A stretch of DNA of 64,000 nt from Verrucomicrobiota bacterium (GCA_039818205.1 JBCBUK010000013.1:32001-96000), one strand, 5' to 3'; counted from the stretch's first letter, positions 1 to 10,470 are shown. The notes: a model not told the origin generated them from the sequence alone. Made by a program: numbers and translations.

Positions 1-1061
1 GCTTGACGTGGTGCGACAGCCAGCTCCACGCCCAAGGTCAGCCGTAGCTGATCGAGGATCTCCTCGTAGTCTGGTTTGTTGATGACCAATTGAACGTGGG
101 CGGCCCCGAGTTGCCGCGCCTGTAGGCAGGTCATGATGTTGTCTTCGTCGTCCTTGGTGCAGGCCACGAAGTAGTCCGCCGAGCCGATTTGCTCCTCTTC
201 CATCAGCCGAAGTGAGGTGGCGCTTCCGTTGATAACCGTTACGTGTGGAAAACGCTCCGCTAGTTTTTGGCACAGCTTGGGATCATGTTCGATGAGGCGA
301 ATCTTAAACCGAGGATTCTTCAGGAGGCGGATCAGGGCGATTGCCGTTTCAGAACCGCCGAAGAGAACGATGCGCAAAAGGTCGGTTTTCTTCTCTGGCG
401 CTAGATAGCCTTTGGTGTGCTGGAGTTGCTCGGGCGGTCCCACGAGCGTCACGCATTGTTCGGCTCGGATCACGCTATCAGCGGTGGGAACTTCCGAGCT
501 ATCACCATCTTGAATCAAGGCGATCCGTACCCCCGCAGGCAGGCGAATGTCTTTCAAGGTCTTTTCGGTCGATTTCGAGCGGGCGCTCACGCGAATTTGT
601 TGAACCTCGATCTCTCCCCGGGCGAAGTTTTCAACGGCGACTCGGCTTGGATTGCGAATTGATTTTGCTAGCTCGACCGCTGAGAGAGCTTCCGGATTGA
701 GCAGGAAATCGATGCCAAAGTGAATCTGGTAGTTTACGATCGAGTTGTCCGAATAGGTTTGGTCGTGAATCCGAGCGATCGTGGTCTTTGCTCCGAGCGC
801 TTTGGCCAGCGAGCATGAAATCAGGTTCGTGCGGTCATCGCTGGTCATCGCCAGAAAGAAGTCCGATTCTCCCGCGCCGCTGCGTTGCAACACTTCGGCC
901 GAGGCGCCGTGATCTTCGACAACCCGCACGTCGAGAGACTCGTCGACTTCTTGCGCAATTTTGGGAGCCGATTCGATTACGGTGACGTCGTGCCCTTCCT
1001 CGCTCAGTTTCTCACAGAGGAATCGCCCGACCTCGCCGGCTCCAACAACAACAATTTTCAT
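1..1061 (-). CDS. trkA: Trk system potassium transporter TrkA (3' end runs off the window)
   Basis: Absent from the ORF track because it has no stop in the window. Hand translation from ATG 1061 gives MKIVVVGAGEVGRFLCEKLSEEGHDVTVIE; a second RCK_N region follows (IVLFGGSETA, DYFVACTKDDEDNIMTC). Confidence 0.9.
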   Translation of the reverse strand, partial: MKIVVVGAGEVGRFLCEKLSEEGHDVTVIESAPKIAQEVDESLDVRVVEDHGASAEVLQRSGAGESDFFLAMTSDDRTNLISCSLAKALGAKTTIARIHDQTYSDNSIVNYQIHFGIDFLLNPEALSAVELAKSIRNPSRVAVENFARGEIEVQQIRVSARSKSTEKTLKDIRLPAGVRIALIQDGDSSEVPTADSVIRAEQCVTLVGPPEQLQHTKGYLAPEKKTDLLRIVLFGGSETAIALIRLLKNPRFKIRLIEHDPKLCQKLAERFPHVTVINGSATSLRLMEEEQIGSADYFVACTKDDEDNIMTCLQARQLGAAHVQLVINKPDYEEILDQLRLTLGVELAVAPRQ

Positions 1062-1222
1062 AGCGGCAAATGGATGACCACAGGATGCATCTCCCCACTA
1101 ATTTTCGCTCAAATTAGAGTGGGTATTCAGTCCCCGTTGTTTGGGCGCTTGATCGCGCAGTTGACAAATCGAATGGCATAAAAGAGGGAATTGTCGCAAC
1201 TCAGTTGCCTGAAGGGAAGCCT

Positions 1223-2164
1223 TTATTCGTAGGCTCGTTCGACGGAAAATCCGGCCCTTTTCAAGAGATTGATCACACCGTCGGTCCCGTAGAGGTGGGC
1301 GGCGCCAACGGCGAAGAAAATGCTTTCATCGGGGTATTTGCTAATCTCGTCGCTGATGCGGTCAGCCATCAGAAAATTACGGTTGTCGAGCAGCAGGCGC
1401 TCAAACTTTTGCTGAAGCTTGGTGTTTTCGTCCGCGTAGGTAACCATCAACTCTTGTAGCACATCTAGGTCTCCGGTGCGGTAGGCGTCCACCAGCACAT
1501 CGGTGTAATTAGTGCCGGATTCTCGCAGCTCCTTCATCGTTTCTAGCAGGGAATCAAATAGCTCGATCTGCTCCTGCCGCGAAAATGCCTCAAAGACCGC
1601 GAGCTGCTCTTCCGGTGTCTCGAGGGCTCCGACCCGCTTGCCCCGATCTTCCGCGATTGTGTAGAGCGCCATGTCCATCGCTTTGATGCCAGGATTGTTC
1701 AACTGCGTTTCCAGCAGCATGAGGGTCGCCGCGGCGGCCCAGACTTTGAACTGGAGGAACGGCGTTGGGTCGAGCGCGGGATTGATCTGTTTGAGTTCCT
1801 CGTCAAAGCGCTTCATGGTGCGAGATGGAAGGATGTTCTCGAGGGAATCTTCCGGGGGTAGCATCATCGCAGTGGCAGCGGTCGCCATGACTGCTGGGTC
1901 CATTGGAATCTCAGTGTAGACTGCATCGGACGCATTGAAGGCGTTCTGGACATCCTGACCAACGCGGGCAACACGGGCATCCGGCAAGTGGATAGTGCCG
2001 AATAGGTAGCTGGTGGGGGTGTTGGCCTTTTTTATCGTGAACAGGTAGGATCGACCTTGGTTGGCGTCCGAGCTTTGAGCTTTGAGACTAGCCGTACAGA
2101 GACCGAGCGCCAACAGCATGGGCCCGGCCCAGCGTATCCAGGACTGTGGTTTCAGGAAATACAT
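1223..2164 (-). CDS. TraB/GumN family protein, secreted
   Basis: SYLFGTIH, ALETPEEQ, LLDNRN and FFAVGAAHLYG motifs; signal peptide. Start uncertain. Confidence 0.85.
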   Translation of the reverse strand: MYFLKPQSWIRWAGPMLLALGLCTASLKAQSSDANQGRSYLFTIKKANTPTSYLFGTIHLPDARVARVGQDVQNAFNASDAVYTEIPMDPAVMATAATAMMLPPEDSLENILPSRTMKRFDEELKQINPALDPTPFLQFKVWAAAATLMLLETQLNNPGIKAMDMALYTIAEDRGKRVGALETPEEQLAVFEAFSRQEQIELFDSLLETMKELRESGTNYTDVLVDAYRTGDLDVLQELMVTYADENTKLQQKFERLLLDNRNFLMADRISDEISKYPDESIFFAVGAAHLYGTDGVINLLKRAGFSVERAYE

Positions 2165-2283
2165 GAGGAAGATATTGAAGGACGATCTGGATAAGTCCAG
2201 ACGAGACAACGCCGCCGCCAGGAGGCCAAATTGGGCAAAAAAAAGGTTTCCTGGACCCCGAAAATCGGATGATCATGGTCGCC

Positions 2284-3690
2284 ATGGCAAATTCTGACAA
2301 ACAGGCGACTTGGGGTGGACGGTTTTCCGAAGGCCCAGCAGAGCTCATGCAGCGCTTCGGCGAAAGTGTTTCGTTTGACGCTCGCTTGGCGCCCTTTGAT
2401 GTCCAGGGGAGCAAGGCCCACGCGGCCATGCTCGCCAAGGTCGGGATTATCACCGAGGCCGAGCGGGAGGAGATTCACAGTGGCCTGGACGAGGTCTTGG
2501 CCGAGATCGTCGCTGACGATTTTAACTGGGACATCGCTTTCGAAGATGTGCACATGAATATTGAGCAGGCCTTGACGCGGCGCGCACCGGCCGCGGCCAA
2601 GCTCCACACGGCGCGCAGTCGGAACGATCAGGTCGCGACCGATATGCGCCTCTTCTTTAAGCACGCCTGCGTAGAGATCCAATTGCGACTGAGCAAAGCG
2701 ATTGATGCCCTGTTGACTTTGGCTGAAGCAAATCAGGAGGTCTACATACCAGGCTACACTCACCTGCAGCGTGCCCAACCGGTTTCGGTTGCCCACCATT
2801 TATTGGCCTACGTGGAGATGTTTGGACGCGACCACGAGCGTATTGCCGAAGTCGCTGACCGGGCGAATTGGTGCCCACTTGGCTCCGGCGCGATTGCGGG
2901 AACGACTTTGCCGATCGATCGCGAGTTCACCGCAAAGGCGCTCGGTTTTGTCGACGCCGACGGAAACCCTCGGGTCACCCGCAATAGCATGGATGCGGTT
3001 TCGGATCGGGATCTGTTTATTGAGTTCGCCAGTGCTTGCGCTCTGTGCGGGGTTCACTGGTCACGCCTGGCTGAGGACGTGATTCTGTGGAACAGCGCCG
3101 AGTTTGGCTTCATCGCCCTGCCGGATAGCTTTACGACCGGCTCTTCGCTGATGCCGCAGAAAAAGAACCCGGACAGCTTTGAGTTGCTACGAGGCAAGGC
3201 AGCGCGCCTGCAAGGCCACGTAACCGCGCTGATGGCCATGGTGAAGGGGTTGCCGCTGACTTACAACCGCGACCTCCAAGAGGACAAGCCACCGGTTTTT
3301 GATGCCTACGATCAAACCCTGATCTGCCTCGACGTGGTGGCTGGTTCGCTCGATGGGGCGACCTTCAATGTGGCAAACTGCGCGAAAGCGGTGGGTGATC
3401 CTGCGCTCCTGGCAACGGACCTCGTGGATTACCTGGTGGTGCGTGGGGTTCCATTTCGTGATGCGCACCACGTCATTGGCGCGTTGGTTGGGCTTGCGGA
3501 AAAGAAAGACGTGCCGCTCGATCAATTGACCATCGATGATGTGCAGGGGGTCAACGCGGTGTTCGATACCGATTGGGTCGAGGTCTTTGACGTGCGCCGT
3601 GGCCTCCAGAATCGCGAGCGCACCGGTATGCCCGGGCCGAACCAAGTCGCCGCTCAGCTCGCCGCCTGGCGCGCGAAGATGGGCGGGTAG
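2284..3690 (+). CDS. argH: argininosuccinate lyase
   Basis: [51 protein letters not shown]. Confidence 0.97.
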   Translation: MANSDKQATWGGRFSEGPAELMQRFGESVSFDARLAPFDVQGSKAHAAMLAKVGIITEAEREEIHSGLDEVLAEIVADDFNWDIAFEDVHMNIEQALTRRAPAAAKLHTARSRNDQVATDMRLFFKHACVEIQLRLSKAIDALLTLAEANQEVYIPGYTHLQRAQPVSVAHHLLAYVEMFGRDHERIAEVADRANWCPLGSGAIAGTTLPIDREFTAKALGFVDADGNPRVTRNSMDAVSDRDLFIEFASACALCGVHWSRLAEDVILWNSAEFGFIALPDSFTTGSSLMPQKKNPDSFELLRGKAARLQGHVTALMAMVKGLPLTYNRDLQEDKPPVFDAYDQTLICLDVVAGSLDGATFNVANCAKAVGDPALLATDLVDYLVVRGVPFRDAHHVIGALVGLAEKKDVPLDQLTIDDVQGVNAVFDTDWVEVFDVRRGLQNRERTGMPGPNQVAAQLAAWRAKMGG

Positions 3691-3723
3691 AGCATTAGAT
3701 TGAACTAGCTATTGAATAGCATC

Positions 3724-3948
3724 ATGAGAGCGATTTTTCACATGGTTCTGTTCACGTTATTTGGTGGAGTGTGGGTCAGTTTCATTTGGTTCATTTTTGG
3801 TCCAGGTGAAGCAAGTATTTTCGAGATATCTGATCAGGGTGATTTAGCAGTGTCCAATCAGTTTTATTATGCATCCTCCCTTGGCGGTGCCTGTGGCTTC
3901 ATTTTGTATTTCCACTCTAAGGGTTCTTTATCCATGCTGCCTGAGTAG
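3724..3948 (+). CDS. small hypothetical membrane protein
   Basis: Two hydrophobic segments; lower GC than argH; no recognisable motif. Confidence 0.5.
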   Translation: MRAIFHMVLFTLFGGVWVSFIWFIFGPGEASIFEISDQGDLAVSNQFYYASSLGGACGFILYFHSKGSLSMLPE

Positions 3949-4032
3949 GAATCGTCAGATTGGCATTTGCCCGTGGTCATCGGCGAGATTTAGACTGCTC
4001 TCGCTGCTACCGTGGAGGTGATATTCACCTGC

Positions 4033-4302
4033 ATGAATTTGAGCGACGACCTGCCGCCCCGATGGATCATTATCAAGGGCGGATTGTTTGCACTCATTCT
4101 GCTGATTGCATCTGTGTTGGTGGTGATTGATCAACGGATGTGGATACGGGCGTTTCTGGTGCTAATCGTCATCTGGAGTTCGGCGCGCCTCTACTACTTC
4201 TGTTTCTACGTGATTGAGAAATATGTCGACGGCGACTACAAGTTTGCCGGCGTTTGGTCAGCGATTCGATTCTTGTGGCGCAAGCGTCGCAAAAAGTCCT
4301 AG
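4033..4302 (+). CDS. small hypothetical membrane protein
   Basis: Hydrophobic helices, RLYYFCFYVIEKYVD segment, basic C-terminal tail. Confidence 0.7.
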   Translation: MNLSDDLPPRWIIIKGGLFALILLIASVLVVIDQRMWIRAFLVLIVIWSSARLYYFCFYVIEKYVDGDYKFAGVWSAIRFLWRKRRKKS

Positions 4303-4646
4303 CCGAGCATGTCGCCCTTCCATCCCCACATGGAGCGTTGGACGTCGTTGAATTTCACGTAAATGCGTTCCTTGGGAATGTCGGCAACGGATTCCACCAG
4401 ATCACAGAGATCGCGGCAGATATCCTTGGTTTTGTCGCCAGAGATGCCGATGGATTTAATTTCAAGAAATGCTGTGGGGCCGTGTTCGCCACCGAAGATC
4501 ATGGGCACGTCGGTCTTGATCGAAACCATCATGAACTCCTCGCTTTTGCCGAGGCCTTCGGAAACGATTTTTGAACTTTGCAGGAGCAACTTATTTTGAG
4601 CGTCCTGGTCGAGCAACTGATTGGTCTGGAGGTTTAAATGAGGCAT
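4299..4646 (-). CDS. MIF / phenylpyruvate tautomerase family protein
   Basis: 115 aa starting M-P (catalytic Pro1); GLGKSEEFMMV, IKSIG, IPKERIYVKF, MWGWKG. Confidence 0.9.
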   Translation of the reverse strand: MPHLNLQTNQLLDQDAQNKLLLQSSKIVSEGLGKSEEFMMVSIKTDVPMIFGGEHGPTAFLEIKSIGISGDKTKDICRDLCDLVESVADIPKERIYVKFNDVQRSMWGWKGDMLG

Positions 4647-4759
4647 AATTAACAGGTTAAGGAAGTCTTCTAGCGTTGTCGAGCCCGCGCGAGGGGCTCC
4701 GAATTGGCTTGTCAATAATAGGATCTCGGTTAACATCTTCGTAGAAACCAAGAAACCCA

Positions 4760-5479
4760 ATGTCCGATACACATCTATTTGAAAAGTGCCGGGCTTATTT
4801 AACGAGTTCAACGCGACCTGGCGAAGCGGTTAATGACCACCTGCCACGTGCCGCAATTACTTTGTCTCGACAAGTAGGCGCCCGGGGAACGACCGTCGGT
4901 CAGCATCTCGTGGAGTTGCTCAATGACCAACAACCCACGCCCGACCCTCTCTGGACTCTGTTCGACAAGAACCTAATCCGGCGAGTGCTCGATGACCATC
5001 ATTTGCCGGGCTACCTCGAGCGCTTTATGACGGAGAGTCGAGTCAGCGAGCTGCAGTCTACGATTAATGAAATAGTCGGCCTGCATCCCTCTCTGTGGGA
5101 TTTGCACGAAAAGATGGGTGACACGGTCGTCCGTCTTTTGACGCGCGGTCACTCGATCATCGTGGGTCGGGGCGCGTGTGTTGTGGGGGCCGGTTTGCGC
5201 AACGTGCTCAACGTTCGTTTAATCGGGTCCACGAAACATCGCTTGATGCACATCCAGCATAAGTTCTCGCTCACAACCAATGAAGCCGCAGCGCGCTTGC
5301 GCGAAGACGATCGTAATCGCCACGATTACTTCAAGGCGCACTTTGGGCGCGAGATCGATGATCCGGAACTGTATCATCTGGTGCTCAATACCGACGATTT
5401 AGCAGACGAGGAAATCGCTGGTTTCCTGGCCGATGCCGCTATGCGCCACGCCCGCGCAAAGTTCGATATCGTTGTTTAA
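4760..5479 (+). CDS. cytidylate kinase-like family protein
   Basis: ITLSRQVGARG, IIVGRGA, DDPELYHLVLNT. Confidence 0.85.
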   Translation: MSDTHLFEKCRAYLTSSTRPGEAVNDHLPRAAITLSRQVGARGTTVGQHLVELLNDQQPTPDPLWTLFDKNLIRRVLDDHHLPGYLERFMTESRVSELQSTINEIVGLHPSLWDLHEKMGDTVVRLLTRGHSIIVGRGACVVGAGLRNVLNVRLIGSTKHRLMHIQHKFSLTTNEAAARLREDDRNRHDYFKAHFGREIDDPELYHLVLNTDDLADEEIAGFLADAAMRHARAKFDIVV

Positions 5480-6471
5480 CGGTTGCGTTCGTCGTCGAAG
5501 AAAAAATCGAGTCCGATTGGGTAGTGGTCACTGCCCAAGTCCGGGCCGATATATTGGTCCACTGGCTTCAGCTGATCGGACAGGAAAAAGTGGTCAATTG
5601 GTATCCACAAAATTGGATTCTGGGTGGGCCAGGTGCGCCGCGGAAAGACACTGGTAACGACCGGATCTAAGCGGCTTTGCAATACAAAGTCATCGTAAAA
5701 CACTGACCATGGTGTCGTATTGAAATCGCCCATAACGAGCACGGGCGCTTCGATGGCGCTCTCACTGCTGAACCGCGCAATGGCTTTGAGGGCGTCGTCA
5801 CGGTAGTTCCAGGAGCGTTCGTTGATGGGAGATAGCGCATGGACAAGCAGCAGCATGAGTGGCCCGTCGGGCGTCGATACTTTGTAGGGCAGCGATCCGA
5901 TGCCGGCGAACCCATGCTTTTGTCTAGAGTCGGTCGGTGGATATTTGCTGAGTACCGTGGTTCCGTAGCGATCGCCCCAGAGTTGAGTTCGCTGATAAGG
6001 TAGGATGTCCTTGAGGCCGTCGAGGGTGGGGCGCCATTCATCGGTGATCTCAATCAGCGCAACGAAATCTGGTTCCTGTTCGCGGATCCAGCGTTCGGTT
6101 CGAGAAATCTGTGCATTCTGCGTGTAGACGTTGATGCTCACCGCCCGGTAGACTCGCCCCTCGGTTTGGAAACGCTGCGGGTTGAAATTAAAGATGTAGT
6201 AGCCGTTCCAGAGAAATACCAGGAGGTTAAGCACGAGCAGTACGTGGTAGCGGCGCCAAGCAGCGATCGCGCAGATGATCAAGGCGGCTAAATAATACTG
6301 CATTTTGAAATTTGCGAATAGCTCGATCCGCCAATCCTCCCGTCCCCAGAATCCTGCGGCCGTCATCGCGACGAGGAGGACCCAGGCGATGAAAAGTACG
6401 AACCGCTCGAAGCCGTGCCAAGTGAGCCACTTGCGGCGGGTTCGGGAAATCATGGTTCCATCCGAACTCAT
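5476..6471 (-). CDS. membrane-anchored endonuclease/exonuclease/phosphatase family protein
   Basis: N-terminal TM helices; PDFVALIE, MGDFNTTPWS, PIDH, GSDHYP. Confidence 0.88.
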   Translation of the reverse strand: MSSDGTMISRTRRKWLTWHGFERFVLFIAWVLLVAMTAAGFWGREDWRIELFANFKMQYYLAALIICAIAAWRRYHVLLVLNLLVFLWNGYYIFNFNPQRFQTEGRVYRAVSINVYTQNAQISRTERWIREQEPDFVALIEITDEWRPTLDGLKDILPYQRTQLWGDRYGTTVLSKYPPTDSRQKHGFAGIGSLPYKVSTPDGPLMLLLVHALSPINERSWNYRDDALKAIARFSSESAIEAPVLVMGDFNTTPWSVFYDDFVLQSRLDPVVTSVFPRRTWPTQNPILWIPIDHFFLSDQLKPVDQYIGPDLGSDHYPIGLDFFFDDERNR

Positions 6472-6537
6472 TGGCCGACCCTTTCGGTAGCACGAAAAAG
6501 GCTTGCAGCACCGAACGGGAGCTGGCGCCTTTGTCCT

Positions 6538-6933
6538 ATGCGTCGACTTTCCATCATTTGCTTTGGTCTACTCGTCTTGCTGGGCGGCTGTCAAACCATG
6601 CCGTCGTCAGATTCCGCAGTTCCGAGCGGTGCAGTTTACCATTTTGTGGCCATTTGGCTCAAGAATCCCGAAGACGAGTCCGCGCGTGCGGCTATTGCTG
6701 AAAAGTGCGTTCTCTGGCGGAGCTATCCGGGTGTCCGCTCGGTAACTTTTGGCCAGGGCCTGCCGGGAGGGCGCTCCATTGTTCAAGATTACGACATGGG
6801 CATCCTGATGGTTTTTAAAAGCGAGGCGGCTTTGCGTAAGTATGAACAGGATCCGGCGCACAAAGAGGCGGTAAAGACCGTCCTTGCTCCGGTGGCGGCC
6901 AAGGTCCAGGTCTATGATTTCAAGGTCGAGTAG
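6538..6933 (+). CDS. Dabb (stress-responsive A/B barrel) family lipoprotein
   Basis: LLGGC lipobox; HFVAIWLK, YEQDPAH, VYDF. Confidence 0.8.
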   Translation: MRRLSIICFGLLVLLGGCQTMPSSDSAVPSGAVYHFVAIWLKNPEDESARAAIAEKCVLWRSYPGVRSVTFGQGLPGGRSIVQDYDMGILMVFKSEAALRKYEQDPAHKEAVKTVLAPVAAKVQVYDFKVE

Positions 6934-7020
6934 GCGATTCCGGCGCCTCAATAAGTTCGAGTGGCGTTGTCTTGCCGCTTGACCTTTTCATTGTGGCCCG
7001 CATCTTGCGTCAAATTGTCT

Positions 7021-7692
7021 ATGTTTCAACGCACGATTGTATTACTGGTTTCGCTGGCTGCCGGGTCTTTGACTTGGGCGCAGGATTCATCGTCGAGCCG
7101 TCCGCTTCCCCACGAGGAGATGGCGACCCAAGATGCTCAGGACACCCAGCAAGTGGGTGCTACCATTGCCAACCCTGGGCATGAGGTCCACGACAGTGAC
7201 GGTTGGGACTGGCTGCCGACGCTTGATTGGGAGTTCCGCTTCAAAGAGGATCAGCCCAATTTTGCGATCAACGCGACCATTTACGCCTACCATTTTAATC
7301 CTGAACTGGAACCATTTGAGGAGCCGCTCAACGACTGGACATGGGGCATCGGTTTTAATTACGAGCTGATCCGTGATCCAGATTTTATCTGGTCGGTCAA
7401 TGCCGATATCGTGCCCTTCGACTCGACGCGTGACTTTGCGGCCGACATTGGAACCTCGATTCAATGGCACAACCCGGTCGTCGATGTGGGCGCTCAGTTC
7501 ATGATTTTATACAAGCGGAATTTCGAGAATGAATGGGGCGTTCCAGTTGGGCCAGCGTTGTTCCCATACCTGCAGCGGGAGTTCGATTTTTTTGCTCTTC
7601 GGATGTATTGGATTCCGCCGGTTCGGAAGGCTTCCGACAACCAGGTCATCTTCCAGGTAATGGTTCCCATCGGAACGACCAGCGGCCTCTAG
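7021..7692 (+). CDS. secreted beta-barrel protein, PagP-like
   Basis: Signal peptide; YAYH, LNDWTWGIGF, FDS, PALFP and MYWIP align by eye with PagP motifs. Confidence 0.55.
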   Translation: MFQRTIVLLVSLAAGSLTWAQDSSSSRPLPHEEMATQDAQDTQQVGATIANPGHEVHDSDGWDWLPTLDWEFRFKEDQPNFAINATIYAYHFNPELEPFEEPLNDWTWGIGFNYELIRDPDFIWSVNADIVPFDSTRDFAADIGTSIQWHNPVVDVGAQFMILYKRNFENEWGVPVGPALFPYLQREFDFFALRMYWIPPVRKASDNQVIFQVMVPIGTTSGL

Positions 7693-7706
7693 TCGCTGTC
7701 GCTGCT

Positions 7707-8978
7707 TTAAAACGTAATAGCAGACTGGAAACCGACGACGACCGCATTGTCGATAGTCGTGAGCCCATTGGGGCGTATTATGTATTGCAAATCGGGCTGA
7801 AACTGCAGCCAGGGCGTTACCTGGATTAAGTAGGTGAGCTCGAGGTTGGTTTCGTGGTTCTGCCCATTGAGTGCGCGGCTAAACCAAGCGCGTGCTGCGC
7901 CAAAGGCAAGGGAATCCTCGGTACGGCCCGGAAAAATGCCTTGGTAGACGAACCCTCCAGATACAAACCACGGGATCGGAGCCATGCGTTGGGGCCCTGA
8001 CCACGAGCCTTGAGCCCAGAGGGTCAGGCCCAGGTCATCGGAATCCTCGCCGGCGATCAATTGCTGTTCCAGGATTACCCAGGCCGCGCCTAGACCATTG
8101 TTTGTTTGGGCGCCATTTTGAGGCGGGTTAAGGAGGTCGAATTTCGCAGTGTCGTAGTAGCCGCCGAGGGTTGCCTTACCGACCAACGATTCTTCGCCGA
8201 AGAAATCAGCCTCCCAGCGGTGATCCACTTCTGCCATGAAAAGGGTTCCGCGTAGCGGGTTGAAGTGGAAGTCGACCCCACGCTTCGAGGGATCGGTGAT
8301 ATCCGAACGCGACGTATTGGCGAGGCCCAACGAAACTGACCACCGTTCGGTGATTTTGCCATCCATTTGCACCATCCACAAGGCGCCGGGCTCCCCCTCG
8401 AAGTTGACGTTGTTCTCAGTGAGGCTCCACGGTGTGTCGTCGTAGGCGAGGCTCACATAGTTGTACCAGATTGCGCTGTCCGAGAAGTAGTCCCCCGGGG
8501 TAATGCGGCCAACACGGAAACTGATGCCGTCTACCTCCCGCGCGAGATAGAGCTCGGCGAGGCCGACCGGGACAACGCCGCTGAACAGATTGGACGGCGC
8601 TATGGCGCTTCCGATGTTGGAGGATAGATCGCGCCCCTCGGCGTTGTAGCCGGTGCCAAATAAACGCCATCCCTCGAGTCCCGGGTCTCCAATCAGTTTC
8701 TCGAGATCGATGTCGAAGCCAAAGAATCCAAGCGTCGAATACTGGGTGGCCGATTCGAGCCCGCCCGTAGGGTTGGATAGAACATCGACTGAATAGTTTG
8801 CGATGAAGGTGATGCCTTGGTCGCGTTTTAGATCGGCTCGCCAGTCGTTAACGTCAATCAAGTAGTCTCGGGAAAGCCAATCGGTGACTGGCGGATTCTC
8901 AATCTCGGGTGGCTTTACCTTTTGACCGCGCGCAGCGGGAGGAGTGAGCGCAACCACCAGGCAACAAATAACGATCAT
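7707..8978 (-). CDS. carbohydrate-selective porin, OprB family
   Basis: VLSNPTGG, ELTYLIQVTPWLQFQPDLQYIIRPNG, C-terminal Phe. Start uncertain. Confidence 0.88.
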   Translation of the reverse strand: MIVICCLVVALTPPAARGQKVKPPEIENPPVTDWLSRDYLIDVNDWRADLKRDQGITFIANYSVDVLSNPTGGLESATQYSTLGFFGFDIDLEKLIGDPGLEGWRLFGTGYNAEGRDLSSNIGSAIAPSNLFSGVVPVGLAELYLAREVDGISFRVGRITPGDYFSDSAIWYNYVSLAYDDTPWSLTENNVNFEGEPGALWMVQMDGKITERWSVSLGLANTSRSDITDPSKRGVDFHFNPLRGTLFMAEVDHRWEADFFGEESLVGKATLGGYYDTAKFDLLNPPQNGAQTNNGLGAAWVILEQQLIAGEDSDDLGLTLWAQGSWSGPQRMAPIPWFVSGGFVYQGIFPGRTEDSLAFGAARAWFSRALNGQNHETNLELTYLIQVTPWLQFQPDLQYIIRPNGLTTIDNAVVVGFQSAITF

Positions 8979-9072
8979 CCACCGCCACGGTAGATGGACA
9001 AATTTTGTTATATTAGCGTAACGGGCTAATTCAGCGTTGCGGCGCATCGGGGAGAGACCCTATGCTCTGGAA

Positions 9073-10470
9073 ATGAAACAGGTCAAGCATCTCGATGAGC
9101 ATAACGAACCCCTGAACTTTACCTATGCCGACCGTCACATGGATCAGACGGTCTCCAAATACGCCATTCCCGAGGAGGGGATGGACGCTCGTGTGGCCTA
9201 CCAGGTCGTCAAGGACGAGCTGAATCTTGACGGCAACCCCGCGTTGAATCTCGCCAGTTTCGTCACAACGTGGATGGAGCCTGAAGCCGATCAGCTCCTT
9301 CATGAAACGGCCAACAAGAATCTCGTCGACCAAGACGAGTACCCGCAAACCGAGGAGATTCATCAACGGGTCGTGAGCATGATGGGCCGCATGCTCAATG
9401 CGCCGAAAGAATGTGAGCCCGTTGGCACCTGTACGGTGGGTTCCTCCGAAGCAATTATGCTTGGCTTGCTTGCACATAAGTGGAGCTGGAAAAAGCGCCG
9501 CGAAGAGGCGGGCTTGTCCAAAGAGAATCCGAACGTTGTTTTCTCGGCCGATGTGCACACCTGCTGGGAAAAGTTTGCGCGTTACTTTGACGTCGAGATG
9601 CGAGTGGTTCCGTTGAAGAAGGACCAGTTCTTTATGACCGCTGACCAGCTTCCCGAGTATGTCGATGAGAATACCATCGCGGTCGGTTGCGTTATTGGAA
9701 CGACGTTTACTGGACAGCTTGACGATGTTCGCGGAATCAATGATTACCTCCTCAAGTTGAAGGCCGAAAAGGGTTGGGATATTCCGATCCACTGCGATGG
9801 CGCTAGCGGAGGTTTTGTCGCCCCGTTCGTCTACCCTGAGGTCGAGTGGGACTTCCGCCTAGAACAGGTGAAGTCCGTCAACATATCGAACCACAAGTTT
9901 GGCCTCGTTTATCCCGGAATCGGAACGGTGGTCTTCCGTGATCGGAGTGACCTACCCGAAGAGCTCGTGTTTAACATCACCTACTTGGGCGGTTCCATGC
10001 CGAACTACAGCCTCAACTTTTCCCGCGCCTCGTCGATGGTGCTGCTCCAATACTACAACTTCCTTCGCCTCGGCCAGGAAGGATACCGCCGCATCATGAA
10101 GAACATCATGGACAATGCGCAGTATCTTGAAGGTAAGCTGATGGAACTTGGTGTGTTTGAGCTGCTCAATGAGTCGAAGTATCTCCCAACGGTGACGGTT
10201 CGCCTCAAGGACCACAGCGCGCCGAACAAAATCATCTATATTTTGAGTGATCTCCTCCGTCAGTACGGTTGGATTGTGCCCGCTTACGCTCTTCCGCCCA
10301 GTGCGGACGAAGTGCATGTTCTCCGCATGGTGGTGAAGGAGAACTTCTCTCGCGACATGGCTGAGAAGTTCGCTGAAGATATGAAACTTTGCCTCGCAAC
10401 GTTGGAAGAACGCGCGACGGATTACGACAAGCTCATCGCTGAAACCAAAGATAAAGGGCGGATCTGCTAG
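9073..10470 (+). CDS. gadB: glutamate decarboxylase
   Basis: DGNPALNLASFVTTWME, DEYPQT, TVGSSEA, WEKFARYFDVE, SNHKFGL (PLP lysine). Confidence 0.93.
   Translation: MKQVKHLDEHNEPLNFTYADRHMDQTVSKYAIPEEGMDARVAYQVVKDELNLDGNPALNLASFVTTWMEPEADQLLHETANKNLVDQDEYPQTEEIHQRVVSMMGRMLNAPKECEPVGTCTVGSSEAIMLGLLAHKWSWKKRREEAGLSKENPNVVFSADVHTCWEKFARYFDVEMRVVPLKKDQFFMTADQLPEYVDENTIAVGCVIGTTFTGQLDDVRGINDYLLKLKAEKGWDIPIHCDGASGGFVAPFVYPEVEWDFRLEQVKSVNISNHKFGLVYPGIGTVVFRDRSDLPEELVFNITYLGGSMPNYSLNFSRASSMVLLQYYNFLRLGQEGYRRIMKNIMDNAQYLEGKLMELGVFELLNESKYLPTVTVRLKDHSAPNKIIYILSDLLRQYGWIVPAYALPPSADEVHVLRMVVKENFSRDMAEKFAEDMKLCLATLEERATDYDKLIAETKDKGRIC

Noticed and set aside
217..1181. Short plus-strand ORFs in the first kilobase
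   Set aside because: They lie antisense to trkA, which the ORF track missed because it lacks an in-window stop.
3712..4302. Integron-like cassettes among the small ORFs after argH and elsewhere
   Set aside because: No attC-like inverted repeats and no integrase visible.
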